Of a stretch of 64,000 nt of DNA, positions 1 through 13,484 are shown piece by piece. Position numbers and translations under genes: made by a program. The DNA lies in contig RDEW01000001.1 in NCBI GenBank assembly GCA_011109175.1, positions 2,235,485 through 2,299,484 on the forward strand, read 5' to 3'. Below the pieces are notes generated by a model, which was given only the letters and a program-made list of their open reading frames with translations, was not told the DNA's origin and did no database searches. Source of the stretch: Dicyema japonicum. Lineage: Eukaryota > Animalia > Dicyemida. How positions within the stretch are numbered: the stretch's first letter is position 1; each line of letters opens with the position of its first letter.

Positions 1-199
1 CAAGAAAGAAGGAATAAACCACTAATTAAGTGATCCTGGTAAACCTCAAAAGGATCGAGAAGTTTTTCTTATGTTCCTCCAGAGTACCCACGGCTTTCCT
101 GTATCAACGACGATCATTTTTCATTTAGATTTGATGAGGGGTGGGTTTCTTCCCACTTACGTGTATTTGAGGCTTCTAATCTTGAATGGAAGAAACGAC

Positions 200-415
200 T
201 TGTTTCGTGACCACACAGACTGATGAAGCCGGAGCCGTAGTTTCCGATTGAGACGTGGTCAAGCATCGGGGGGAAAGATCGGCAGGAAGATTTGTTAGAC
301 GTACCAATTTGGCTGTTAGGGAATTGATCTTGTACAAGGAAACAAATTGGGATTGCAGTTGTCCGCGGAAACGCTTACTCTGTAATGTCAGCCGCCTTTC
401 CCCGTTATTGTAAAT
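200..415 (+). mobile_element. 3' remnant of CRE-like (RLE) non-LTR retrotransposon
   Basis: Degenerate frame reads ...FPIETWSSIGGK...RKQIGIAVVRGNAYSVMSAA, matching the C-terminus of the element at 2953-3297 (YPIVVETTGGISGK...LISVAIVRGNATSIMSAG). Followed by an AT-rich tail. Confidence 0.6.
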
Positions 416-2812
416 AAATAATATTTTATTGTTAAATAAAACGTGTTTGATTTAAAAAATTATTTATTGTAATACAAAATTAAATATCCCTGAAGGTTTG
501 ATGTTTCGATCTTTGGTAAGAATTTTCGTCAAGAGATATCGCCCTTTTAGCTGAGACTAAGTATCCGTAACGAAGTGGATCGAGAATGAGTTCCCTTGGA
601 GTATGGCAAAATTTTAAAATTATTATTAAAATTTTTTAGTTGAAAAATAATTGCAAAAAATTGCAAATTTTCGAAAAAAATATAACTAAAATTAATTATT
701 CACTACTTTATTATTTATCGAACTTTTATCAAATTATATTTAATTGTGACTTATTCCGATTGGATGCCCTAGTAATTATTATATTCAGAAAGATTAAGTT
801 CCACAAGGACATATGCTAGGACCAGTTCTATTGGTTAATTGACTGGAAGGTTGAACATGCAAAACAGATCTCAATTAATCCTGATCAATGTAACCTCTCG
901 TGTAAATAAATAACTACCTAAAACACATCGGATACTTGATGTTTTTGAAAAATACAAAGGCTAACATTCATTACTCAAATCCACGTCTCAAAAACGAAGG
1001 AACTCAGAAAAATGAGGATAAAAGAATCCTCCCATGAGTATATTATTGGTGCATATTTTAAACAAAGCACCCAAAACAGATCATAGAATACCCGAATGAT
1101 TACATTGATAATGTTTATTGCTAAGGAAAACTGAGATGATTGCTTACGTTTGTTGAATAATTCGGGATAAGAGAAAAAATGTGGATTTATGTTAATATAA
1201 GTTTACAAGAACAGGTATTGAAGAATACTATAAAAGTCGTTAAAATACCCATAGGCAACTCCGAGTTTTCATCACACAGCTTTTCGTTATTGTCAATATT
1301 TGATTCAAACGAGTCGCATGGAGTATCGACTAGAATATTGATTCACCAAGAACATGTAATCATCAAAGGATATAATTTTAAATTCGACATCAATAACTAA
1401 TACAAGAAAATAACAAAACTTGATTTAGTATATCACATGGGTTTCAGGTCAGAAAGCTCCAACGTGTCTAATGAGAACTCAGTCACAAGATGAAAGCCAA
1501 TTAGATTCTTCGGCCACTCTTAGATTGAAACAATTTAAATTTCACGCCACGTGTTTAACTATTATTAGTAAATTATAGTGATTGACTGTCTTGAGGTTTT
1601 CATGTTCTGGAAGGAACCCACGTGACATATTAAAGCCTGTAAATTAAATTAAACTCAAAGCAAAGTCATTATAAAAGGCAAGTTTTGTTAAGTGTTCTAT
1701 GAAAGAAGACTCGATACAAGTGCTGGAGGTATGTGCACATCAAAGACATCCCAATTTATGGGTCATTAAGCTAATCTTGTAAAACTAAGTGTTGGCTAAT
1801 ATATACTCAGCACTCGTTGTTTAGTAATATGAATAGAATGTCCCCCTCAGATAAAGTCTCCATGTTTTATATTTGTAGTGGTTTGCCATTGTGGACGCTT
1901 TGAAGGAAAATATTAGGCCTGGAGACCTTAGATATCGATGGTGGAAGCACAGAAACTGTTTTAGAGCTAACGAAGCTGTAAGTTGTGCTCTGAAATTCCT
2001 AAACGACAATTCCGCCCAATATAAGGAAATATCAAGGTCAGTTTTATTATCAGTCAAAGGGAAAATGTGACTAAGCTTCTCAACTCATTTGTTGAGGTGG
2101 GAGTCATAGAAAAAGTCAAATCCCCATTGTTTCCATCTAAAAGTTCACATTTCAAGGACAACAAAGAATTATACAGGTCATATTGATATCTACCACAGAT
2201 TTGGTCAGGACTCAATTCTCACCACTCCTACGTATTCGAAATATGGGATTCCTAGTAATTCTGGAAAGAAGAGAACAAACGAGTCTATCAAAGAACCCGA
2301 AGAGTATAAAATCATATTTTTTAGGCCAAATGATAATATAATGACTGCCCAACAGTTTGTAGACGGATTCCCACAGAATATAAGAGATTCAATCCATACC
2401 TCACTAAACACTGAGCATGACAATTCTTTGACCAAAAAAGATGAAGAGAATATGCTCATCATAATCAACTTTCATCAAAAAGTCGATAAGTTGGGATTAC
2501 GTGACTACGCTTTGTGGGAGAAAAACTGATAAATTTTTATTTTCGAATATTTTTTTCTTTGTCATTTTGTTTTAGCGTAAAAATAAGTTCAATCTTCAAA
2601 TGAGCAGCAATAAAGGTGTAAAGTGATTTCAGTTTTTGGCATTCTCGTGACTCGCTCGAATAGTACACTCGTTTCCAAAAGAGTCTTCAAGAATATCAGT
2701 TGAAAAACTTGATCAGGGTATTTTTTCTGATGTATGATCGAAGTGTTTTTGCTTAAATGTATCTCTCGGTTTTATACAGAATCACCGGAAATCACGACTC
2801 TCGTCAAATGTA

Positions 2813-4471
2813 CAGTGTTTCCCAACCTTTTTGAGAACAAGGAACTCTATCGACATTTTTATTTTATACGAAACCCTTATATAGTTTTTTAACAAATTAT
2901 TATTAATAAAACAAATAAAATAATCAGTTAATTTATCCCCAGTAAATCATATTTAAAACTGCCATCCATCCAAAGTGGACCCCGCCGACATTATCGACGT
3001 TGCGTTGCCTCTCACGATTGCAACAGAGATCAATTGGAGTAGCCACCGGGTCTCACGTGCGTCGTGGCTTTTTATTGTGGCTAAGCGTCCAAGTTTCTTT
3101 CGGAAGCGAAGCGATTTTCCACTTATTCCTCCAGTTGTCTCGACCACTATTGGATAAAACGCGAATAGGTCGCGTAGCGCTTCGTATTTCTTCTCCTTTG
3201 CCCTCATCGTTTTTTCCGCGGAATACAGTGTGTCTACCGCGCTCCCGACAATGTTGGACGGGCAAAGCGTGTCGACACAAATAGCGTCCCAGACCAAAGG
3301 TTTCCCCTCTTCGAATGGGAAAATTGTGATCCCGTCGGGACGTTTTCCGTCTCCTCTGTCCAGACCAACAGGTTCTAGTATGGCTGGGTATCCCGCAGAC
3401 TCCAGGGCTCGCTTGACAATTCACTCACATAGGCAGTCCGCGACAGATATACGGGCAGCTTTGGGGATCCTAATCAGGAGTCTTCTTGTGTGTGTCAGGT
3501 TGGAGATCAATTCAAGTATTTCCTGATGGTCTAGTGGAACATGTTCAGAAGGGTAGCGTAGGGAAGAGTTTGTCGTATTATCTGGTAGGAGACAAGATCG
3601 ACAGTGCCAATCGGAAATGGCAGCCAGGGCTCTTTTAGTCATTCCGGCACAGGACATGTGGAAGCCATACGAACATGCTGTGCAATGGATCATCCGCTTT
3701 CTTTTGTTCATTATGTTGCACTTTGTGCAGATCTCATATTCTTTTACAGTTTTCTGCATGTTCTTTTCTGATTTTCCTTTCTTATTCTCTTCTTATCCTC
3801 TTCTTTTAGCAACACAACGAGAACAGACGACACAACGTGTTTCATGTTTTTTTTTAACAATTATCAGTACTTACTAATATAAAAAATAAAATTCTAGTTA
3901 GTGAGAGGGTTGAGGCTAATGTTTATTCGCTGAACCAAAGTGGATTCAATGTCATCAGACAAATCCTTGATACGTCTGCTTACAGAATTATTAGAAATAG
4001 GAATTAAGTCGAGCCCAACAGCAGCAATTTCTCCGAACATTTTCTTCGCTACTTTTTGCATGCAGGAAAAATAACAGTTTCGGCGAGAGTATGCGATTTC
4101 ATATTTTTAACGCCAATCTCAGCAAAAGAATAACTGGCATGCAGTGCTTTTTCGTTTATTTTGAATTTTTTGTAAAACGGGATGCTTGAACTTTATTCTG
4201 GTCCAATTTCCGCATAAAATATTTTTTTTTTCTTTGAAAGTTCAGGTGCTTGGTGGAGAAATGACGTCTGAGTTTCGCTGGAGCCTATTCGCAAGTTTTT
4301 CACCGCAAACAACACAAAGTGGTAGAGGGCAATCCATATTCCCAGTCCACGTGAAACCAAAGGCAATATAACTTTCACAAGACTCCATTTAGACACGCAC
4401 AAATTAAATTACTTTTGAAAAAATAATTAAAAAATTTTGGAACTTTGCGGAACCTAGTTTGGGAACCTCTG
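2813..4471 (-). mobile_element. Internally deleted hAT (Buster/Charlie, ZBED5/8-like) DNA transposon
   Basis: Imperfect TIRs: CAGTGTTTCCCAACCT at 2813 and, as reverse complement, CAGAGGTTCCCAAACT ending 4471. Minus strand 3900-4390 encodes GFTWTGNMDCPLPLCVVCGEKLAN...LRRHFSTKH and IPISNNSVSRRIKDLSDDI with frameshifts. No matching TSD seen. Confidence 0.75.
2945..3850 (-). mobile_element. CRE-like non-LTR element with PHD finger joined directly to restriction-like endonuclease (RT deleted), nested in the hAT
   Basis: ORF 3421-3759 has a PHD pattern (CTKC...IHCTACSYGFHMSCAG...WHCRSC) then IRIPKAAR. The adjacent frame reads LEPVGLDRGDGKRPDGITIFPFEEGKPLVWDAICVDT (PD..D RLE motif). Confidence 0.75.
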
Positions 4472-5401
4472 ATCTGGAGATACAAATGACAAGGGATGTA
4501 CTCTCAGAGAAAGGAAGAAGATGCAAAGTTTACAGTTCGATTGAGTTTATTTTCTTGGTCCTCGAAGAGAAAAAATAACCCCCGAGCAGATCATGATCAT
4601 AAGAAATATGAAATGGCGATACAGGATGATGAGGAAGGCTGTAGTTAGGATGGAACTCTTTTTTACAATCACTTTCAACCGCTTCCACATATCAAGTCCC
4701 TAGGCTATAACTTCCTCAACGTAACGTTAGAAATTCACAGTGTCGTAACTGACATTGAAAGAGCATAGATATGTCCTAAGTAATATTTCAGGCTCGCCTC
4801 TGGACCTCCATCAAAAGTGAATGAGTAAATCGTAAAATAAGTAGATCGGTAAAACAATGGTAGATAAGTCGTGCATCAGGCTAATGTGTGACTGACCAAC
4901 AAGGTAGTCATAGAAGGAGATCTATCCCTTCAGACGATGATTAAGTTGTCCTCATATCATAAGAACAACCAAAAATAAATAGAACTCACTATATAAGATG
5001 AAAATCATGTTGTGATGTCTCCACTAATTCAATGTGTTCATGGAAACATATATTAGAAATTACGAATATTAAAATCAATTGATAAGGCTCCTTTGCATAA
5101 ACAAATTACTTAACATTATCGAATTCAACTCTCAACAAAATGCAATGATTATAACTAAAAATACTAATGAATATATTGACTTGCTTATAATTGGAGATTT
5201 AAAAGATATTATGAAGCGACCAAGTAACATCGATAAATTACAGCAAATATGTTGCGAGATAATTATATCAGAATACAAAAATATAATATCATTTAAATAA
5301 TCAAAAAATATATTTGATTAATCAAAGAAGAATTTTTACTAATTAAAAATGTTATTTTAACAAATAAAAAAATTCAAATAAAATAAATAAGTTTCAATCT
5401 T

Positions 5402-8400
5402 ATGCTTGGTGAATCCGGCGAATACCAAAATTTAGAAAACGTTGAATTTGACAGGTAGCTGCCAAAATTGTAAAATAGTACATTTTATGGAATAAATTTA
5501 AACAACATTCTTCAAACCCGAATAAACACAGTTTTTAGCCATTTAACTCCAGAATATTTCCCAGCTGGAGGAACAACTCTCAAGGGACCAATCAGATATG
5601 TCGAATATCCTCCTTAAACTTGGTCACTTGAATCTTATCATTAAAAATATTAAGAAAGGTACCAATATGTAGTTCCCAGCTTTCTCGGCATACCAACTGT
5701 ATTTCAAATTAAACCCAAACGACTGGTGGTACAACCTCAATTTCCTCTACGGATTCGCGATATGCCACTATTACATGGGGTCCCTAGAAAAGTAAGGATT
5801 TGAAGCATTTAGTGCCTTCAAACTGCTAGGACAGCTCACTTTCTCTCGCTCAGCTTTCCCCCGACTTAAGGAAGTACATTTCCTCTCCGCTCTCATTTGT
5901 CTTCAGAGAACGGATTTTTCGGGCTACCTACACGTTATCCTCGTAGTGATTTGTAGTTCCTTAAGCTTTCCCTTTACGAATGCCGGGCCAATAGTCAGCA
6001 GTACTACGAAGGTTTGAGTTGTTAATTACTCCAGTGAAGCTCCACGTGGCTCAGGCGTACGTCTGCAAGGTTGGGGTTGAAAAATTGCAGAGGAAACCGG
6101 AAAAGGCGGTGGAAATTCTAAAGCAGATCCTGGAAGTGCGTTGTCCACGGAGAATCAAGTCCCAGGCTTTTCTACAGACGGGTGAATTGGTAGTTTACGT
6201 CAGCCTGGATGTTGTTCACGGGGGTTGACGTTGGATGCATGGGAATCAAGGAACATATCCCAGACTTGCTCAAATTGGCAATACTTTCTGATCCCGCCAA
6301 CGTGGATGCCTGGTATTTTTACGGAAGGTAAGGTTGAAGAGAATGTAGGTATTTAACGGAAACACGGGACATTCAGATAGCCTTGGATGTGTACCTCACC
6401 GCCATTAACCAAATCTGGGCGACTCCTCGACTCTGGTGCTCTGTCGGGTTGGGGTTTATGTTATTCAGGATTCTCTATCATCACCAATGTCAATACCGAG
6501 ATGCTCTGCAAGCCTACGTCTGCAGTATGAGACAGGACTACTCTAACCCACACACATGGGTGAACATTGGAACCCTGTATGAGTGCACTCTGCAGTATGC
6601 TGACGCACTTGAGTGTACAAACAGGCTTATAATTACCGTTTGATCACTTTGAACAATTTAGTCAAAACACGTTACATTCGGAACAGGATGCGTGTTGTTT
6701 CAAACTCTACCCCGATTCCTCATCACAACGTACTCCCTCCAATAAAAGAATTTATCGCCGAATTTGCTGCCCATTCCTTCAACAGGAGACGGGTACTTGT
6801 TTTACTGAACCAGGAGGGGGAACCTGTGACCAACTGTGACTTTCAAGTTTTGTTCAAAAATTTGAAAACTGGCGTATTTTTCCTACTCATTTGTAGGGGA
6901 CAACAAACCTTAGTCAGCGCCTCAGTCGATATGGTCTTACAATAGATAACTGGCCAGTTTGGATGGTATTAGTGGACTGTCACTTCATTCGCTGGTAAAT
7001 CTCATCCAAATTGTAGTCTGATGCATTCCTTCGCGGATATTCCTTTGTTTGTCGGGCGGATGACTCGGTTCCCGAACCTTTGTCGTTCAGTCCTGTATGT
7101 TTTGAGCTAATCTCAGACTACTGATAATGAAAGTCATTTCAGGAAGCCTACCTACTACTCAATAGACGTGACGGCTTCACGAATGATGACTTCCACCTGC
7201 GCCAGTATGGATGTGAAGTTAACGGAGACTTCTGCGAACATCAAATTACACCGAAAATGCCAGCCATTGGACTTTGGGCTTCTCCGACCTACAAAAATAG
7301 TTTCCGTGGATTGCAAGACCGAATCTTGTTGGCGAGAACTACGAAATGTTTGCTATTCCAACGACTGTGTTGTTCTCAGGAATCTGGGTCATTCTGTAAA
7401 ATTCGGTTGTTTGTGCATTATTCAGATTTCTCCGTTTTTTCCTCCTCATTACTGCAAAAAGCTGTGGGAAACCGAGAAGTGTCAGTCACCACCCACGTTG
7501 GTCCATAAATTTACATTAGTCATGCTATGAGAGGCCGGGGGAGAACCTGAATTCGGAAGGCGACAGAATTTGGAAGATGCCTGGGAAGAAGATGAAGATG
7601 AGTGTCTCTAAGTGCAGCGTAGAGCAGGCTCAAAGCTTCAGGGAGTCCATGAAGGGGTCCTACTCTGCGGAAATGGTAAACATCTGTTCCTTTGTGCTAC
7701 TGTCTCAGAATAGTGACATCAATCTGTGGGCCCTGCAGAAGCAAGAACTGGATAAGTTGCCCAGTTTCCTCAAAGTGACTCCTATATTTACTTCAGATTA
7801 ACTCGGCACTCAATATGTTGAACTACATCCGTTACTGGCCTCCCCAGAGTGGTCCCACGTTGAAGATGCTGGTCTCCGGTTCTCGAATGAGCGGTTAGGC
7901 GAGAAAAATTATCCGTAGCTCGCCAGTCCGACGGAGGCCTGGTTTCCGTGTACCTGAACACTGGGCCTGGCGGTATTGAGTGGTTCTGCATCCCTGGAGC
8001 TTTCGAGGACCAGTTTAGAGCCGCCTGTGAAAGGTAGTATGTTTGATGAGTGCAGGAAGGGTGTGAGCACCGATGACTATATCTGGCCTAGCTTACTGTG
8101 CCTGACCGAACAGAATATTCCTTTCCATAGGTTCATACAAAAGCCTCATGACTTTGTTTGGCTGAACTCTGGATGCTTTTACTACTTTGAATCCAAAGGA
8201 TGGACTAATGCCGTCTGCTGGTCGCTTGCACCGCTGACCTGCAGACACTTGCAGTTCATGGTGGACCGTTATGAGCTGGACAGATTCCAATTCAAGAGTC
8301 CAACTGTGCCAGTGATGTATTTGAGTTGGATGCTGGCTCAGTCGGTGAAGTTTGTGGACATAAAGTTCTTTGACACTGTAAAGTTGGTTTGTGGTCATTC

Positions 8401-8791
8401 AGGTATGTCATCATGCGGTCCTTGATTCATTGCCAGCAGACGTTGGACTATGTGCAATCGGTTAATACGAACTGCCGAATCAGGAGACTGGGTGACAGTA
8501 CAGGGGGTGTTGTGAGGGAGGAAAAGTTTAGGGCCCTATTCTGTGGGGTTTGTAAGGTGGGTTTGTTGTGATGGTCAGAGTGAGATTTTCAATGTTTTGT
8601 TTGCTCCTGTGGATATGAACGATTTATCGTTGAATTTGTCGACTGGGAATGATAGAGTGAGGGTGAGTCTGAGGTGTTTGGATTGTGTTACAAAGTGGTC
8701 TCCTAATTTGGATAAGGTTGTGGTTATTATACAACATGAAATAATCGAACTGACTAATATTTATGATTCTTTTCAGCTTAGTAACGCTTGA
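5402..8791 (+). CDS. KDM6A: KDM6A/UTX-like protein (TPR repeats + degenerate JmjC + C-terminal Zn-binding domain), multi-exon with tiny introns
   Basis: Spliced translation gives FDSTFYG, TPR segments (LWCSVG..YHHQCQYRDALQAY...HTWVNIGTLYE), ELDKLPSFLK, RFIQKPHDFVWLNSG, VPVMYLSWMLA, CGVC...CLDC and IYDSFQL, all colinear with the UTX family. Example introns: 5455-5478 (24 nt) and 7894-7918 (25 nt). There is an apparent 1-nt frameshift near 6615 and the frame is unresolved near 6900-6960. Confidence 0.88.
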
Positions 8792-9169
8792 TTCCTTATT
8801 TTTATTGTATTTTGAATAAGTTCGTTTGTTTACTAAGATTTACCTCTTCATGGAATATCCACTAAGTTATCATCTTTTTTCCTCTCAAGTTATGGAGTCA
8901 TGATATATTGGAAACCCGACGTTCTGAACATAGAAAGTGTCGGATGTACTTAGGATCAAGGTTAGAATCCTGTTATGCACGAAATAGAAAGAATTTTGAA
9001 AAAATGAATCCCGTTAAGCAGAAATCATCAGTCAGAAGCTAGTATTGCATTCAATCTCTCCAGCCATAATAATATCTTCGGCATCGGATTTCCTAGATCT
9101 TCTATTATGGTTGTTTCCATGTCTATTCTCCGAGAACTGAATTCGCCAAAAACAGATTTTTGGTTTATT

Positions 9170-10510
9170 ATTAATAAGCACACCGCAAAACAACGTCAGT
9201 AAAGTTATCTCGCTTGTGCCACCCTCTCCTGGATGCGTTTTGCTAATCGCTTTTAGTTCCCTCTGTTCCTCGATAGGTCCTTCAGGTACTCAAGATCATC
9301 TGCCGACGTCAACCCTTTCCTAATCAAAGTTAGGTCTTGATGTAGAAGGGTTGGTAGAGTAATTCGTGGTCTTCCCCGGAAAGTCGATCCCAGATGAAAA
9401 GCATAGTGGTGTTCCATCGCGAGATTAGCGGGAGTATTCCTGTCCATTCTTAGGATGTGACAAATAAGCCCCTGTTACTTCTTATTTCTCCGTCCAATGG
9501 GTGGATATTGTAATGGAAATAGAGGTATTTGTTTGAGATGTGCTTTGGCCAGGAAATTCTTAGAATGTATCTGAGCTGCATTCTATGAAAGGAGTTCAGA
9601 ATTTCCATTTCAAACATTGTGAGTGCCCAGTAGAAGAGTTGTACAGTAAAACCGCTTTTACGAACATATTGTATAATTTGATTTTTAAAGAGGCAGGAAT
9701 TTGTTTACCTCGTAGCCATACGTTGTTTAGTTTTTAAGAGCGAAAGCTGCTAGTGATTTTCTTTGTAGTATATCTTCTGTATCTCCTAAGAGAGTGCCAA
9801 GTTTCTTCGTATGCCTCCATTTTTCCTCGTGTTGTTGTTTGCATCGCCTTACTATAGTATATTCTGTTGTCTCGGTGTTAATTTTTAGGAATGATTTTTC
9901 AAATGTTTTGGCCAATTTGTCGATAATACCTTCTAATTGTGGTCTGTTGCCGTGAGGTCTATGCGAAGATGACTTCCGTTATATGTCTGGGGATATTATT
10001 CCTGGCATCTCGTAGGGTCGCCTCCAGATATGCGATGAATAAGACCTGGGATTGGGCGTTCCTTGGGGGGCCCTTGTTTGTTCCGAATACTCTGGATTTC
10101 TGATTTCCGAGCTAGATAAATAGTTGAGTGGAGGAGAGTAGATAACGAATTATTCTGATGCAATCTTCCTCGACTAGTAGTGTTAATATTTGTATCATCT
10201 TGACTCTGCTGATTGAGTCAAATGCCTTAGATAGGTCGATTCCCATTATGTGGTACTCCTCTTTATATTTTTGGCATGAAGCACACATCCATTTGTGGCT
10301 CCAAACGGCATCGGTAGTTTATCTGAGACAAACCCACTTTGGCTAGCTCCGATAAATCCACGTAGTGGAACTTTTATTCTGTCCAGAGCAATTAGCGATA
10401 GAATTTTGCGCAGTGAGTTGAATAGTATGATTGGTCTTAAACTGTTTAGCTTTCCTTTTTTCCCCGTTTTATGTAAGGGAATTAATTTTCCGATTCCGGT
10501 TTTTGCTTGT
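9170..10510 (-). mobile_element. Degenerate RTE-like LINE (RT and C-terminal part)
   Basis: Minus strand reads LIPLHKTGKKGK..LRPIIL, GIDLSKAFDSI, KLGTLLGDTEDI and FRGRPRITLPTLLHQDL; similar to the LINE at 31040-33927. Confidence 0.85.
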
Positions 10511-10739
10511 TAAAGAAAATTTAATTAAAAAATTCTGAAATTATAAATGTATGCCTTAAATAGTTTTTATAAATATATTTTTATACTAAATCAAGGCTAG
10601 AGATATCAAGGGTTTGTGGCCGTAATTTGATATTTTATTAAAACTTAGCAATAAGTTTGTATTACTGAGGGACCTAGCTAAGATCAGAAGAGCTTGGAGC
10701 AAGCTAATTAATTCTCATATTTTTTGCTGCATTAGATTC

Positions 10740-11160
10740 AAACTACTTGTTCACTATCGCTATATACAACGTTCGAGGCCTCTCATTTCTATTCAACTAT
10801 CTGAAGATCGGTCACGTTACAAAATTGACATCTGCTGCTTACAAGAGACAAAGAATACCCTTGGATACGAAGGAACCTTTGGAAACTACCGGATTATCAT
10901 ACTCCCATCAAAAATCGTCATGACTCCTTTAAGAGAATTGTCGGAACAGCAGAAAGAAACACGTTCGAAACTGGGAAGTTCAAATTCGAATAAAAATGCG
11001 TCAAAGAGAAAACGTAATGAAATATCACATTTGATAAGAAAACGATCGAATGACCTCTGGCACGAATATTTGGACCATAAGGCGACTGAAGTTGAAAACT
11101 GTCAGTACTGAAGACGAATGTGGGCGAGGATGGCTGTAAAGCATGGCTCAATCAAAACCC
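10740..11160 (+). mobile_element. Internally deleted RTE-like LINE remnant (APE N-terminus)
   Basis: YNVRGL...YKIDICCLQETK, then a jump to LRELSEQQKETR, paralleling the regions at 31080 and 32080. Confidence 0.65.
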
Positions 11161-12674
11161 TTTTAGGGCTATGCGAAGGAGGTTTTAACTAACTTATCAA
11201 TAATTTTATAGAGAATTAACAACTCCTCAGTCAAGGGTAGCTGCTCTCAGAATTGAAAACTATTTCCCCCTCACGATAAGTGACCCAATACAATTCAGAA
11301 GGTTTAGTGATCTGCTTCCAATAACTCCAAATGTTTTAAACAGCAACTGGATCAGAAATCAACTTTCAATCGAGACTTTCGAGGTTGATCCTAGGAGTTG
11401 ATGTTACTGCAAGGTTGAAAGAGAAGCTAACCGGAGAGGCTTGAAAACTTTTTACATCGACCATTATTGCGCATTTCCTTTTATTTATTTTGTCACATCT
11501 TTGACATCTGAGAGGTATAGTCTCTTATGTCTTTTTTAAATGCAACGTAGTTCCCTTCTTCATTATGCTTCACCATTCTGCAAAACGGATTCGATAACCT
11601 AATTTTACGATTTTAAGGACCCAATAACTGGTAGGAATGACTGAAAGTAAATAGGAATAGGTTAATCAAAATATAGCTTTTGCTTAACAAAGTTTTTTTG
11701 TAATCTTGTAGTCCCTGCATAAAGCATAAACACATTGAAAACACCCAGGTTTCTCAACCTAAAAAAAGAACTACTTTATTCCCTCTTGCAGTTTCATTAC
11801 GGCGAGTTAAAAGTCAGATCAACTCGGATCACTGTACACTCTCCTCCGACCATCTTAATACTATTTGGAAAATATTTTTCCTGTCTTTGACCTTCCAAGG
11901 ATACGGGAACACTCAAAAATTTGGCTGGGCAGTCTTCTAGTTGTCGATAAGACTAGGAAAACTAACTAAAAGTAAACTTACACAAAATGATTATATTACG
12001 TAAAAGTGGTTATATGACGTCATTTACTCTAGTTACTAATATTATATCAAATTTTCTAAAGTCAGCGAGTGACGAAAAATCCGAAAGAAAATTTGATTTT
12101 GCTACTAAGGTACTACTATACTCATACGTGAGCTAACAATTGGTATTTGTTGCGGTTCCCATATCGATCCATTAATTCAAGCATTTTTAATTACCCCTTA
12201 TCAGAAACAGATTACTACAGAAATTGATTTTGAACTCTGAGACTGAGAGCATAGGCGACAGACATAATTGAAGGAAATCTGGTTTGAAATACTTGGTGAG
12301 GGTCCGTTTCGAGTCTATAGATGTATTTATGAATTCATATCATTAAAATAATGATTTCCGTAATCTCTAAGTCGATTAATCACTAATTGAGCCATTTAAG
12401 ATAATTCGAATTTATTTGCAAAAATCTCTTCCAACAAAAATCCAATATGCCTTGACAATCCACGTGGTCAAGTCCTTTGAATTGCTTGAGAGGCACTATA
12501 ACAGCAAAGGAACAATAAATCAATATAAAATTCAAATTGATACCAACATGGGGGTAAAAATAAACAAATTTGTACAGCAAAATATAAATAAATAAATTCA
12601 AAATCGATTACGTCATCTACGGGCATGTAAGTCAGATCTTAATTAAGTAAAATGTATAGTTTAAGCCGCTAGTT

Positions 12675-13456
12675 ATGATCAGAATCAACTCGACAGGAGC
12701 AATATTGTCATGCAGCATAGAAAACGTCTTCCTGAAGGAAAGAGTGGACAATTTCAAGGAAATTCTTCCACAACGGTCAAGAAGGAGTTCTTCGTGCGAC
12801 GACATTCACGTCTTTGGGGCTAAAAAGCCCTCGCTCCCCATAATTGATACCTCAGATCAACCACACGGGAAAAGTGCAGAATCTAATCCAGATCAGGAAA
12901 AGACATTAATTAAAATCAAAACTCCAAATAAAAAGAAGAAAGTCAGCTTTGGAAATCCAATGTATGTCGAAATATACTACAAAGAGAGTGACTTGTTTTC
13001 TGGAAGTCAACCCACCGAGAGTTTATTCAAATCCTACAAAAAGGTCTCTGCCTTGCAAGTAAAGATCTGTTTTCCTATGCCAATGTCGAACTTCCTCCAA
13101 TTCAAATATTTACTCGAAAAAAACAAAATCTGTCTTAAAACAGTTAATGTTGCAGGAAATAATGTTTACGGAACCGCCAGAGTGTGTAATCTGGCCTTTC
13201 AAAACAAGTCAAGGTTCGGATGGACAAACACCGACTGGGAAGGATTTCAAAGACCTTCCTTGTTGCTACAGAGAACCAGAACCTGGTGAATATAACAGCA
13301 AATATGATGACTTTAGCTTCAGCTTCAACATCTCCCCAACCAAGGACAACAGAATTCTGTTTATTTGCCAAAATGAGGGAAACTGAATTTTGGGATAACA
13401 ACGAAAACTCAAACTACCGACTTATTTGCTCCAAACAGCCTCACCTTAACAATTAA
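12675..13456 (+). CDS. PP1 glycogen-targeting regulatory subunit (PPP1R3 family; RVxF + CBM21), apparently intronless, with several frameshifts
   Basis: KKKVSF (RVxF PP1-docking motif), GTARVCNLAF (CBM21 G.V.V.N.AF), DDFSFSF and EFWDNNENSNY (WDNN.G.NY signature). The motifs are spread over three frames after about 13200. Confidence 0.85.
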
Positions 13457-13484
13457 CCTAACTGAAAGACTATTTCATAATTTC

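Noticed and set aside
1179-2529. Short ORFs and a weak similarity between about 1410-1560 (+) and 1930-2057 (-)
   Set aside because: No recognisable domain; probably decayed repeat fragments.
6600-6630. Programmed frameshift in KDM6 (DALEC/YKQAY)
   Set aside because: No slippery site or structure; a single-base sequencing loss is simpler.
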